Below, in pieces: positions 37,501 through 46,821 of a DNA stretch of 64,000 nt. Location: the NCBI GenBank assembly GCA_016288055.1, contig JAEEXZ010000003.1, forward strand, positions 10,553 through 74,552, written 5' to 3'. The position numbers were made by a program, and so were the translations under genes. The number at the start of each line of letters is the position of its first letter. Within the stretch, counting starts at the first letter, position 1. The notes under the pieces were generated by a model. The model searched no databases and had not been told where the DNA came from. It saw only the letters and a list, made by a program, of their open reading frames with translations. The DNA is from Bacteroidales bacterium. Its GTDB lineage: Bacteria > Bacteroidota > Bacteroidia > Bacteroidales > UBA932.

Positions 37501-38746
37501 CGCAGAGGATGTCGTAGTAGGGCATGTTGAAGACACCGTCGTCACCGTTCAGGTAGGAAGGGATGAAATAGACCTTCACCTTGTCGCCGATGGCATTGGT
37601 GAGGCCCACCTCCCGCAGCCGCCGGGTAATGATGTCATATTCGGCATTCATCAGCACATGGGAGGTCTGGGAGGGGAATTCCTTGTTGGGGCCGTGATGC
37701 CCGGAAGGAATCATGATGAAGGCCTGGATGCTGCGGCCGTTGTAGTCGGATTTGTTGAGCTTGTCCAGCGCGTCGATGAACACGTCGATACCCTTGTTGC
37801 GGTATTCATAGCGTCCGCCGATGCCGATGAACAGCGAATTGGCGGGCACCTCCTCGGCGCTCATCTCCGTAGCAACCTGGACCAGGCGTTCGCGCGCGGC
37901 ATCGTGCAGGCGGTCGTAGTCCTCATCCGTCGCAGGCGTGAAGCTGTTCTCGAAGCCGTTCGGCGTGACCACGTCCACCGGACGCTCCAGGAACTGGGCA
38001 CACTCCCGCGCGGTAATCTCGCTCACGGTAGTAAAGACATCGGCATTCTGGGCCGATTTCTTCTCCAGCGAATAGATGGCGGTCACATTGAAACGCCGGG
38101 CCATCTCGTCGCCGTTATAGGATTTGAGGTTGTTGTACAGGGGAAGGTTGTTGCCGGCCAGGCATCGGCCCATCATGGTGGCATGCGTGGTGAAAGCCGT
38201 CGCCACGGGAAGGGCGCGCTTTTTCAGGTACAGGACGCCGGCTCCGGTCTGCCATTCGTGGAACTGGGCCACCACCTTTTCGTCACCGTTGAGATTGTAA
38301 TTCCAGAAACTCTCGATGACGCGGCCGGCGAGTACGCCGAACACGGCGGCTTCCTTATAGTCCCAGTTGCCGGAGATGGAGTCCACGCCGAAGTCCGTCC
38401 ACAGGGTGGCCAGAATGTCGTCGGCCGTTGTGAGGAACTGCTTGTAATCCACCAGGATAGCCACCGGCTTTCCGGGAATGTTCCATCGGCCCACACGTAC
38501 GCGGAGCCCTTCCGCAAGTGCCTGGGCCTTCCAGGAGCGATACAGGTTCTCGTCCTCCAGGAAGTCCGGATTGCCGCTGCGGTGCATCCAGACATCCGGG
38601 CCGATAAAAATATGACGCCGTCCCAGCTGGGACTGCAGATGAAGTGCCTTGGTGGCGATCACCGTATAGATGCCGCCCACTTTGTTACACACTTCCCAAC
38701 TAACTTCGAACAGATAGTCCGGTTGTAAATTCTTCTTCTTAACCAT
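34547..38746 (-). CDS. glgP: GT3 glycogen synthase - GT35 alpha-glucan phosphorylase fusion
   Basis: N-terminal FEVSWEVCNKVGGIYTV and YYEPWGYTPLE (GT3); C-terminal YSGGLGILAGD, FARRFATYKR and EASGTSGEK (phosphorylase). Confidence 0.92.
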   Translation of the reverse strand: MVKKKNLQPDYLFEVSWEVCNKVGGIYTVIATKALHLQSQLGRRHIFIGPDVWMHRSGNPDFLEDENLYRSWKAQALAEGLRVRVGRWNIPGKPVAILVDYKQFLTTADDILATLWTDFGVDSISGNWDYKEAAVFGVLAGRVIESFWNYNLNGDEKVVAQFHEWQTGAGVLYLKKRALPVATAFTTHATMMGRCLAGNNLPLYNNLKSYNGDEMARRFNVTAIYSLEKKSAQNADVFTTVSEITARECAQFLERPVDVVTPNGFENSFTPATDEDYDRLHDAARERLVQVATEMSAEEVPANSLFIGIGGRYEYRNKGIDVFIDALDKLNKSDYNGRSIQAFIMIPSGHHGPNKEFPSQTSHVLMNAEYDIITRRLREVGLTNAIGDKVKVYFIPSYLNGDDGVFNMPYYDILCGLDLALFPSYYEPWGYTPLEALAFRVPTLTTTLAGFGLWVETHYKKEHPGITVLQRNDTNYQEVVDGTVARILELCALDKQQRKEYRENAREVAQIALWENQIQYYQQAYSLAIAKAESRHDSYKTQKKTMQYFKADVTNPSWRSILVTRHLPEKLSRLEKLSKNLWWCWNESAKNLFRSIDPDVWHKSGHNPLVVLDTVSIKRFQQLSKDEDFLARMKQVLDEFDTYMAAKAERKSPSIAYFCMEYGLDTSLKIYSGGLGILAGDYLKETSDMNTNLVAVGLLYRYGYFNQLLSAQGYQVAGYDAQDFTKIPATPVCDADGNWLTVSVAFPGRTLTARLWKVEVGRTDLYLMDTDYEANAPEDREVTYHLYGGSWENRLKQELLLGVGGIRLLRKLGLDPQVYHCNEGHAAFTGLERLREYIERDNLDFTEALEVVRASSLFTTHTPVPAGHDAFEEGLLRQYIGHYPARLKVDWETLMSLGKDNPLDAHEKFSMSNLAANISQNVNGVSMLHGKVSQDIFAHMYPGYLPEELFVSYVTNGVHYPTWCAREWKPVHAKVFGPEFETHHYDKSCFEGIYNVSDEEVWGVKKGLKTKLINFVRERLQDNTVSNHYSPTELVTILDNLRDDVLTIGFARRFATYKRATLLFRDLDRLDAIVNNPAQPVQFLFAGKAHPADKAGQDLIKQIVDISKDPRFIGKIVFVPGYDITLAKRMVQGVDVWMNNPTRPQEASGTSGEKAAMNGTMHFSVLDGWWVEGYKEGAGWALPIEQAYEDNNYQNELDAATIYQILENDIAPAYYNIDRTTGRSREWVGYIKNTIAQVACNFTTNRMLTDYINQYYEPQAKGSDAVKADDFAQARELAAWKTRVRREWENVRLVSRSEPVINYDLSLDTPYHAEMELSLGSLTPEEVGLEVVFAQQDAHGKLHIVEVQEFQVASFKDGLARYTVNVLPEKTGAYMVGARAFAKHPLMAHRQSFECVKWL

Positions 38747-38749
38747 TTA

Positions 38750-40027
38750 TTATTGTTTCTTCGCCACTTTCTTCCGCACTTTCCTTGCAGGAATCTTCAA
38801 TTCCTTCTCAGCGGTCTCCTTCACATCCAGCGCAGCCCGCTTTTCGTCCAGGCGGATCTGGAAGTCGGAGATTACGTTCATGTAATTGATAAACGCTTCG
38901 TACGGAGTGTCGTACGGATTAAAATATCTATGTACTTCTCCATCGGAGAAGAATTTGGTGCACATGTAGTAGAAATGGTCGCTCTCCTGGAGATGGCCGA
39001 AGTCCTTGTACAGCTCCGGGTCGTTGACGATGGCCAGCTTTTCGGTCATGGCATAGACCTTCTTGAAGGCCTCGCTCTGCAGTTCGTTGCCCAGCCAGGC
39101 GGTAAGGTCCTTCTCTTCATCGGCCCAGGAGATGGCGTCCTCCACGGCGATGTCGGAGACGGGTTTGTACTTCCGGGTTGCCTCGGAGGGCGTGACAAAG
39201 CCGAAGTTGCCGTCGCGGAGCACGGCGTCCGGAAGGGCGCGCATGAAGTCGAAAATTCCGCTTTCGGCACTCTGGTGCTCGCCGAAGGTCTCGTAGTCCA
39301 TGAACAGGTTCACCACATCCCCTTCCCGGGCGCTTTCCTTGATCCAGTTCACGTACTTGTCGGCCGTGAGGGGCCACATGTCCCAGCCGCGGTTGGAGAA
39401 ACGGAAGGCTATGTCGTCGGATAGGTTGTAGTTGCGCAGGAGGAGCTTGAGCCGGGGCTGCGTCTGGGCGGTGTACACGAAGTTGGGACTCTGCCAGCCC
39501 ATGATGTGACGGGCGCCCTCGGTGAGCATGGTCTTGTAACCCATGTCATACACCATCTCGCCGATGCTGTTGGAATAGATGAGTTCCGTATTGCGGAAAG
39601 CGGTGGGCTTCACGCCGAACTCCTCTTCGATGTGGGCGGCGTGTTTCTCCACCTGATGACGGAACTCGGATTCCGAACCCAGGGAGGCCAGGGAGTGATA
39701 GTACGTCTCTGCCAGGAATTCCACGCAGCCGGTGGCCGCGAGGGCCTTGAAACTGTCCAGGACATCGGGACAGAAACGCTGGAACTGGTCCAGGGCGCTG
39801 CCGGAGATGGAAAAGGCAATCTTGAACTTACCCTTGTGCTTTTCGATAAGTTCCAGCATGAGCTGGTTCATGGGGAGGTAGCAGCGCTGCGCCACACGGC
39901 GCAGGATGGTGCGGTTGGCGAAGTCGTCATAGTAATGCGAATCCTTGCCGATATCGAAAAATCTGTACAGGCGGAGCCGCATGGGCTGATGGACCTGAAA
40001 GTACAGGCAAATGCTCTTGGTAGCCAT
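38750..40027 (-). CDS. GH57 alpha-amylase-like protein
   Basis: HQP, ETYYHSL, FRNTEL, DYETFGEH and SDHFYYM. Confidence 0.92.
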   Translation of the reverse strand: MATKSICLYFQVHQPMRLRLYRFFDIGKDSHYYDDFANRTILRRVAQRCYLPMNQLMLELIEKHKGKFKIAFSISGSALDQFQRFCPDVLDSFKALAATGCVEFLAETYYHSLASLGSESEFRHQVEKHAAHIEEEFGVKPTAFRNTELIYSNSIGEMVYDMGYKTMLTEGARHIMGWQSPNFVYTAQTQPRLKLLLRNYNLSDDIAFRFSNRGWDMWPLTADKYVNWIKESAREGDVVNLFMDYETFGEHQSAESGIFDFMRALPDAVLRDGNFGFVTPSEATRKYKPVSDIAVEDAISWADEEKDLTAWLGNELQSEAFKKVYAMTEKLAIVNDPELYKDFGHLQESDHFYYMCTKFFSDGEVHRYFNPYDTPYEAFINYMNVISDFQIRLDEKRAALDVKETAEKELKIPARKVRKKVAKKQ

Positions 40028-40034
40028 GGTTCGG

Positions 40035-41324
40035 TTATTTTACTACTGATTCATACACTTGTTTGAGCTTGGCTGTGGCGCCGTTCCATTTGAGGGCGTT
40101 CACTTCGTCGTATCCCATGCGGGCGCTGAAATCCGCCAGGGCAGGATAGTTCAGGAGGGCGTAGATATCGTCGGCCATGGCATCCACATCCCAGAAGTCC
40201 ACCTTGAAGGCGTACTTGAGCACCTCGGCGGCGCCGGACTGTTTGGAGATGATGGACGGCACGCCGGTACGCATGGCCTCCAGGGGGGAGATTCCGAAAG
40301 GCTCGGAGATGGAAGGCATGATGTACACGTCCGAAAGGGCGAACATCTTCTGCACGTCGGCCCCGCGCAGGAAGCCGGTGAAGTGGAAACGGTCGCTGAT
40401 CCCCAGCCGGGCGGCGTGGTGGATGGCGCGGTTCATCATGTCTCCGCTGCCGGCCATCACAAAGCGCACGTTCTTGGTACGTTTGAGCACCTTGGCGGCC
40501 GCCTCGATGAAGTACTCGGGACCTTTCTGGTAGGTAATGCGGCCCAGGAACGTCACCACGGGTTCCTTGACTCCCCGTTCCACATGCACGTTCTCCCGGC
40601 CGCTGAAGTCCACGGCATTGTGCACGGTGACCACCTTGGCGGGGTCTATCCCGTAGCGGGAGATGACGATGTTGCGGGTAAGGTCGCTCACGGTAACCAC
40701 ACGGTCGGCTATTTCCATGCCCTTCTTCTCGATGGCGAAGACGCGGGTGTCGATATTGTCCACGCTGCCGCGGTCGAAGGACGTGGCGTGAACGTGGATG
40801 ACAAGGGGTTTGCCGGTAAGTTCCTTGGCTGCGATGCCGGCATAGTAGGTGAGCCAGTCGTGCGCATGGATGACGTCGAACTCGTCCTTGCGCTGCAGGG
40901 CGATGGTTCCGCCCACCATGGCGTAACGGGCAACCTCTTCCATGAGGTTGGCGCCGTACTTGCCGGAAAACTTATACTTCTGGCCGTAGCTGATGGAGAA
41001 ATCCTTCACCTGACGGCGCCTTTCTTCTTCGATGAGTTTGCCAAACTCCTCCGGATCCGCGTAGGGAATCATGTTGGAGCCGATGTGGATGAACTTCACC
41101 TTGTCCAGGTACTCTTCCACGGTCTCCGACACGGTATCCACGGGAACATCCGAAGCGTTGATGATCGTCGTGGCGCTCTGGTCTTCGTCGCCAGAGGCCG
41201 ACGGCATCACGAACAGGGTTTCCACGCCGTTATAGGCGAGACCCTTCACGATGCCTTCGCAGGCCGTACCCAGACCGCCTGCGATGTGGGGAGGAAACTC
41301 CCAGCCGAACATCAGTACTCTCAT
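40035..41324 (-). CDS. GT4 glycosyltransferase (glycogen operon)
   Basis: GWEFPPHIAGGLG, HAHDW, GRITYQKG and EPFGISPLEA. Confidence 0.92.
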   Translation of the reverse strand: MRVLMFGWEFPPHIAGGLGTACEGIVKGLAYNGVETLFVMPSASGDEDQSATTIINASDVPVDTVSETVEEYLDKVKFIHIGSNMIPYADPEEFGKLIEEERRRQVKDFSISYGQKYKFSGKYGANLMEEVARYAMVGGTIALQRKDEFDVIHAHDWLTYYAGIAAKELTGKPLVIHVHATSFDRGSVDNIDTRVFAIEKKGMEIADRVVTVSDLTRNIVISRYGIDPAKVVTVHNAVDFSGRENVHVERGVKEPVVTFLGRITYQKGPEYFIEAAAKVLKRTKNVRFVMAGSGDMMNRAIHHAARLGISDRFHFTGFLRGADVQKMFALSDVYIMPSISEPFGISPLEAMRTGVPSIISKQSGAAEVLKYAFKVDFWDVDAMADDIYALLNYPALADFSARMGYDEVNALKWNGATAKLKQVYESVVK

Positions 41325-41327
41325 AGT

Positions 41328-43256
41328 TTAGTCCTCCCTGAATTTTTCGATGAGCCAGTTCACATTGAGGAGAGCGGCGGTAGTCATGGCCGATGAGACG
41401 GCTCCGTGCGGAGCGTGGGGCGGGTCGCCGTCGTAGAGTTCCGAGAAGGCGCCGACTCCGTGCTTGGAAAGGTCCTCGTAAAAACCCTCGGTGAGCCATT
41501 CGGCCCTGCGCACGAAGGCGCCTCCCATCATACGGAAGCTCAGGTAGCAGAACTGGGCCAGCAGGTGGGGCCAGGCGCAGCCGTTCATGTAGGCCTCGTC
41601 CCTCTCCAGCTGATTGCCCTCATACACGCCCTTGTAGCGGATATCCCGCGGGCTCAGGGTGCGGATGCCGCGGCGGGTGACCAGTTCGGAGTTTACAACG
41701 CGCATGACCGAGCTGATGACCTCGTCGGACACGCAGCAGTTATCCACGGTAACGGCCCAAAGCTGGTTGGGACGCAGTTCCATGTGCTGCCCGGCGTTGT
41801 CCACATAGTCGGCCAGAAAATGCAGGTCCTCGTTCCAGAACATGGGCTGGAAGTTCTTTTCGATGAGCGCCCGGACCGGGGTCCACTTCCTGGAAAAATC
41901 GCTGCCCTTCTTTTCGTGGGAGAGGGCAAAACAGATGGCGTTGTACCACAGGGCGTTCGTTTCCACCTGATACCCCGCACGCTCGGTAACGGCGCGGCCG
42001 CCGATGTAGGCGTTCATCCAGGTAAGGGCCACACCGTCCATCTGGGCCCACAGAAGGCCGTTCGGCTGCATGGACACCTCCTGGCGCACGCCCGGAAGAT
42101 AACTTTCAATAACCTGCCTGAGGACCGGGCCATACTTGGCCCATACCGCCTTGTCCGATGCACCGAAGGCGATGTACTGCTGCAGGGTAACGGTGAGGAA
42201 CAACGGCGCCTCCACCTGTGTGGTGCGGCGCGTCAGGCGCTCCTGGTTGTCCTCAATGAGATTGTCCAGTATTTCCTCGAAGGACTTTTTGTCCCCGTTG
42301 GCATAAAGGGTGAGACCCGGCAGGGTAAACAGGGTCTCACGCAGAAGTCCTGTATAAAGCCAGCTGTAGCCGGCCACGATGCGCTTGCGGCCGCCGTCCT
42401 CGCGGATGAGGGATTTGGCCTGGCGCACCAGCTGGTCGTGGAAGGAAGTGATCGGGCCGATTTTCTTCACCGTCGCCTCGAAGCGGCGCTTCAGGGCCGA
42501 TGCGGAATCGGGGTCTCCGGCCGATGCGGAAAAGACGATGGACTCTCCCGGGGCCAATTCCATCTCGAATGCACCGGGAACCCAGAGGTCCTCCCGGCAG
42601 TCGTAGCCGCGGCGCATTTCGTCGGAATACGTCACTCCCTTATACCAGACAGGGTTGTACCTGAAGGCGGAAGAAGCGCTGCTCAGCTGCAGGTTCAGGT
42701 CCGGGAAGCCCTCGTACATGTTGAAGGCGACGCCGCCCTGGATGGGCTTGAAGTCCGTGCGGGCGGCACTGTTCTCGCCGGTGAGGGCGTGGACATTGCG
42801 GAAAGCCAGGAAAGGCTTCAGCTCCAGCTTTACGCTGGCGGGAGCCTTCACCAGTTCATAGTGGATGAGAACCTGGTTCCGGTCCTGGGAAAGGGCGATG
42901 CATTTGCGGAAAACGATTTCGCCGATTTTGTAGGTAACACAGGGAACGGGATCCGCGTCGAAGTCCACAATGTATTTGTGGCCGCGGGGCTCGTAGATGT
43001 CGCCATAGCAGTGGATGCCCAGGTTGAAACGCTTGCCGCGCAGGGTGAGGCTTTCGTCCAGGGAACTGAGCAGCAGGTGCCGATATCCACCGAAGGCGGT
43101 TACCGGAACGGCCAGCAGACCATGGTAGCGCCGGGTATTGCAAGTCACGATGGACGTGTTGCAATACGCGCCGGTCTTGTTCGCCAAAATGATTTCCCTG
43201 TTCAGGGAATAGGACAGATTGACGAGTTCAGACTTGTTGAATTTCAAAAAAGCCAT
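41328..43256 (-). CDS. Glycogen debranching enzyme (GH133, amylo-alpha-1,6-glucosidase)
   Basis: CNTRRYHGLL, LTWMNA, VETNALWYNA, RPNQ and SELYDGDPPH. Confidence 0.9.
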   Translation of the reverse strand: MAFLKFNKSELVNLSYSLNREIILANKTGAYCNTSIVTCNTRRYHGLLAVPVTAFGGYRHLLLSSLDESLTLRGKRFNLGIHCYGDIYEPRGHKYIVDFDADPVPCVTYKIGEIVFRKCIALSQDRNQVLIHYELVKAPASVKLELKPFLAFRNVHALTGENSAARTDFKPIQGGVAFNMYEGFPDLNLQLSSASSAFRYNPVWYKGVTYSDEMRRGYDCREDLWVPGAFEMELAPGESIVFSASAGDPDSASALKRRFEATVKKIGPITSFHDQLVRQAKSLIREDGGRKRIVAGYSWLYTGLLRETLFTLPGLTLYANGDKKSFEEILDNLIEDNQERLTRRTTQVEAPLFLTVTLQQYIAFGASDKAVWAKYGPVLRQVIESYLPGVRQEVSMQPNGLLWAQMDGVALTWMNAYIGGRAVTERAGYQVETNALWYNAICFALSHEKKGSDFSRKWTPVRALIEKNFQPMFWNEDLHFLADYVDNAGQHMELRPNQLWAVTVDNCCVSDEVISSVMRVVNSELVTRRGIRTLSPRDIRYKGVYEGNQLERDEAYMNGCAWPHLLAQFCYLSFRMMGGAFVRRAEWLTEGFYEDLSKHGVGAFSELYDGDPPHAPHGAVSSAMTTAALLNVNWLIEKFRED

Positions 43257-43266
43257 ATCGGTGTGT

Positions 43267-45231
43267 TTATGCTTTTCTTAAAACCATTGCCGTCCGCGCC
43301 GGGAGATACAGCCTGAGCGTATTATCCACGGCTACGTGATGTTCTAAGCACTGCAAGCGGCCAAAACCGTCAAAAACCGGTTGGTCGCTGTCCAGAACAT
43401 TCACGTACACTCCCTCCGGGGCTTTGAAGCCATAATCCGTAAAGGAACCGTCGGGAGAAAAATTCAGCGCAAAGATACAGTTTTTCCGTAGGAAAATCAA
43501 TATTTTCTTCTGCTCGTCGGCCACCAGGAGCTCCGGGCGGGCAGAGAGCAGATTCTCTGTCCGGAGAAGGTGTACGAGAGCCTCGTCGAAGTTTCGCAGG
43601 CAGCCGTAACGGAGGTCTTCGTTATCCTCCAGCGACCACTGCCGGCGGGCATACTTGTAGGACCAGCCGTTTCCCTCTCGCGGGAAGTCGATCCATTCGG
43701 GGTGGCCGAATTCATTGCCCATGAACGTGAGGTAGCCGTCCCCGGCGGTAGCGGCCGTCACCAGGCGGATCATCTTGTGCAGGGCGATTCCCCGGTCCAC
43801 GACGGCATTTTCCGACCCCTTGTTCATGGCAAAGTACATTTCCTTGTCCATGAGGCGGAAGATGATGGTCTTGTCCCCCACCATGGCCTGGTCGTGACAC
43901 TCGGCATAGGAGATGGTCTTTTCGTCGGCCCGCTTGTTGGTGAGTTCCCACCAGATTTCTCCCATGGACCACTCCTCGTCGCGTTTTTCCTTGATCCACT
44001 TGATCCAATGGTCGGCTACGCCCATCGACATGCGGAAGTCGAAGCCCACGCCGCCCGCTCCGAAGGGAGCCGCCAGGCCCGCCATGCCGGAGACATCCTC
44101 GGCGATGGTGAAACCTGCGGGATTCATCTCCTTAACCAGTCGGGTGGCCAGGGAGAGGTAGATCACCGCATCCTCATCCACGCCGCCGTCGAAGTACAGC
44201 TCATAATTGCCGAAGTCCTTGCCCAGGCCGTGATCCCAATAGATCATGGAGGTGACTCCGTCGAAGCGGAACCCGTCTATGCGGTATTCTTCCATCCAGT
44301 ATTTCACATTGGACAGCAGGAAGTAGCGGGTTTCATCCTTTCCGTAGTCGAAGCAGCGGGAACCCCAGGCGGGATGGCGTCCCTGCGGCCCGCTGTGGAA
44401 GTACAGGTTATCCCGGCCGTCGAACTCGCTGAGGCCTTCGGCCACATTGTCCACGCTGTGGCTGTGAACGATGTCCATGACCACGGCTATCCCCTTTCCG
44501 TGGGCGTCGTCCACCAGGGCCTTGAACTCCTCAGGCGTACCGAAGCGGGAGCTGAGGGCGAAGAAGTTGCTCACCTGGTAACCGAAGGAACCGTAGTAAG
44601 GATGCTCCTGCAGGGCCATAATCTGGATGGTATCGTAGCCCAGTTTTTTAATGCGCGGAAGAACGTTCCGGCGGAACTCGTCAAAAGTCCCCACCTTCTC
44701 TTCCTCCGAAGCCATGCCGATATGGCACTCGTAAATCATGGGATGGGGGCGCCTTCCGGCGTGGCCGTGCTTCCAGACATAAGGCCTGGCTGGGTCCCAG
44801 ACCTGGGCGCAGAACACCTTGGAAACGGGATCCTGAACCACACGGGTAGCGTAGGAAGGAAGGCGCTCGCCGCCACCGCCCGGCCATTCGATGAACAGCT
44901 TGTAGAGCTGTCCGTGATGCAGGAACATCTCCGGCAGCTTCAGTTCCCAGTTGCCGCCGCCCAGGGGCTGCAGGGCGTAGGCGTCGATGCGTTTCCAGTT
45001 ATTGAATTCCCCAATCAGGTAAATCTTGCTGGCGTTGGGGGCGAACTCGCGGAACACCCAGCTGCCGTCTCCGGTCCTGTGCAGGCCGAAGTACATGTGG
45101 TTGTTCACGGCATCCTTCAGGAGACCGTCGCCGGCTATGTGGCGGAAAGTATTTTCTATGCGCTGATGACGGGCGTCAATGGCGCCCCTGAAGGGTTCGA
45201 GCCATGGGTCCGTCTGATAGATCTTTTTCAT
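43267..45231 (-). CDS. glgB: 1,4-alpha-glucan branching enzyme (GH13_8)
   Basis: EHPYYGSFGYQV, GFRFDGVTSM, AEDVSG, YAECHDQ and FMGNEFGHPEW. Confidence 0.95.
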   Translation of the reverse strand: MKKIYQTDPWLEPFRGAIDARHQRIENTFRHIAGDGLLKDAVNNHMYFGLHRTGDGSWVFREFAPNASKIYLIGEFNNWKRIDAYALQPLGGGNWELKLPEMFLHHGQLYKLFIEWPGGGGERLPSYATRVVQDPVSKVFCAQVWDPARPYVWKHGHAGRRPHPMIYECHIGMASEEEKVGTFDEFRRNVLPRIKKLGYDTIQIMALQEHPYYGSFGYQVSNFFALSSRFGTPEEFKALVDDAHGKGIAVVMDIVHSHSVDNVAEGLSEFDGRDNLYFHSGPQGRHPAWGSRCFDYGKDETRYFLLSNVKYWMEEYRIDGFRFDGVTSMIYWDHGLGKDFGNYELYFDGGVDEDAVIYLSLATRLVKEMNPAGFTIAEDVSGMAGLAAPFGAGGVGFDFRMSMGVADHWIKWIKEKRDEEWSMGEIWWELTNKRADEKTISYAECHDQAMVGDKTIIFRLMDKEMYFAMNKGSENAVVDRGIALHKMIRLVTAATAGDGYLTFMGNEFGHPEWIDFPREGNGWSYKYARRQWSLEDNEDLRYGCLRNFDEALVHLLRTENLLSARPELLVADEQKKILIFLRKNCIFALNFSPDGSFTDYGFKAPEGVYVNVLDSDQPVFDGFGRLQCLEHHVAVDNTLRLYLPARTAMVLRKA

Positions 45232-45249
45232 AGTTTTCCGGGCTAAGGG

Positions 45250-45435
45250 TTATTCGTCCAGGGAATCTATTCTATCCTTGACTGTCCTGAGGTACTCCCG
45301 GCACTGCTTGAGCAGCTCTTTGCTACGGACCACCAGGGCATCGATATCGTCCAGTTTGGTTTCCGGATTCTCTACCTTCCGGGCTATTTCTTCGAGTTCG
45401 GCAATGGCCTTTGCGTAATCAAACTTCTCACTCAT
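45250..45435 (-). CDS. xseB: Exodeoxyribonuclease VII small subunit
   Basis: FDYAKAIAELEEI...LLKQCREYL; overlaps the xseA stop. Confidence 0.9.
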   Translation of the reverse strand: MSEKFDYAKAIAELEEIARKVENPETKLDDIDALVVRSKELLKQCREYLRTVKDRIDSLDE

Positions 45436-46766
45436 GCGGTTTGGGATTTATCTGTTGTTTCACTGAAAACTTCATCTACTTTGGCCAGCAGGGAGCCGTC
45501 CTGGAAACGCACCCCGATGCGGTCTCCCACGGCCACCTTGCCTACGGTCTTGAGAACCTTGTTGTCCTTGCCGGTGACCAGCACATAGCCCAGGGAGAGA
45601 ATCTTGCGGGGGTCCGAGCCGGTAATGAGGGCCTCCTTGAGGGCGAGGGCCGAGTATTCCGCGCTGCAACGGGCCTGCGCGGCGAACTGCAGGCGGTGCA
45701 GGGCGGCGTCCCGGAGGCGGGCCACATCGGCATATTTCTGCGTAAGCCCTTTCGAGATGCGGCCGATACTGCGCTGAAGCAGCATCTCCAGCGCACCGAT
45801 ACGGCGCTGGACGGCACTGCGCAAGGCGGAGTCCGCGCTTTTGATGCGCAGCTCTTCGCGGGAAACCAGATGCAGGAGGCTCCCGGCGATACGGTCCCGG
45901 AGAGCATCCAGAGCGGCATCTTGTGCCCTGAGAGCGCCAAGGAAAAGATCCGCAAGGGCGGTGGGCGTCTTTACGGCCTGGTGCGCCACCATATCGGCAA
46001 TATGCACGTCTTTGTCGTGGCCGATAGCCGTCACCACGGGCACAGGGCATGTGGCAATGGACACCGCCAGGGGGTAATCGTCGAAACAGGCCAGATCCAG
46101 TTCGCTGCCGCCGCCGCGGAGGATGAGAATGGCGTCGTAATCCCGGGCCGATGCTTCGGCCAGAGCCGCCATGATGGAAGAAGGGGCCTGCTCTCCCTGC
46201 ATGAGGGCCTCGAACAGGTCCAGCCGGAAGGCATAGCCTTCGGGGTTGTCAAGCAGATGGTTGCGGAAGTCCTGGTAACCGGCGGCGGTCTTGGATGTGA
46301 TCACGGCCAGGCGGTACGGGATATCCGGCAGGGCCAGTTCCTTCTGCATGTCCATGTAGCCGTCCTTCTGCAGGCGTTCGATGTTGCGCTTGCGTTCCAG
46401 GGCCTGTTCGCCCAGGGTAAAGGCGGCGTCGATGTCGTCAATGTACAAGGCCATGCCGTACAGCTCGCTGAAGGCGACCTGTACGCGAACCAGCACGGTG
46501 ATGCCGGCCTGCAGGCGCTGGCCGGTGGCTTCTTCGAAATAACGGGTGAGCGTGGGATAGTTCCACTTCCAGATCATGGCACGGGATTCCGCGACGGACT
46601 TGCCTCCCCGGGTCTGTACCAGGGACAGGTAGCAGTGACCGTTGGAGCGGGGACTCCAGGAGGCGATTTCGGCCTTGACCCAGTACTTTCCGGGGAAGGC
46701 GTCTGCGACGCTCTCCTTGATCCTGGCCTGCAGTTCCAGGAGGTCCATATAATCCCTATCTCCCAT
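45432..46766 (-). CDS. xseA: Exodeoxyribonuclease VII large subunit
   Basis: WVKAEI, GHCYL, RGGGS, AIGHDKD and KTPTA. Confidence 0.95.
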   Translation of the reverse strand: MGDRDYMDLLELQARIKESVADAFPGKYWVKAEIASWSPRSNGHCYLSLVQTRGGKSVAESRAMIWKWNYPTLTRYFEEATGQRLQAGITVLVRVQVAFSELYGMALYIDDIDAAFTLGEQALERKRNIERLQKDGYMDMQKELALPDIPYRLAVITSKTAAGYQDFRNHLLDNPEGYAFRLDLFEALMQGEQAPSSIMAALAEASARDYDAILILRGGGSELDLACFDDYPLAVSIATCPVPVVTAIGHDKDVHIADMVAHQAVKTPTALADLFLGALRAQDAALDALRDRIAGSLLHLVSREELRIKSADSALRSAVQRRIGALEMLLQRSIGRISKGLTQKYADVARLRDAALHRLQFAAQARCSAEYSALALKEALITGSDPRKILSLGYVLVTGKDNKVLKTVGKVAVGDRIGVRFQDGSLLAKVDEVFSETTDKSQTA

Positions 46767-46783
46767 ATCCCTACAAATATAAC

Positions 46784-46813
46784 AAAAAAATCCCCGGTAA
46801 GAATACCGGGGAT
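46784..46813 (-). terminator. Intrinsic terminator after nadE
   Basis: IR ATCCCCGGTA / TACCGGGGAT plus a T-run on the minus strand; TATATTTG promoter for xseA at 46774-46781. Confidence 0.7.
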
Positions 46814-46821
46814 GATGAAAT

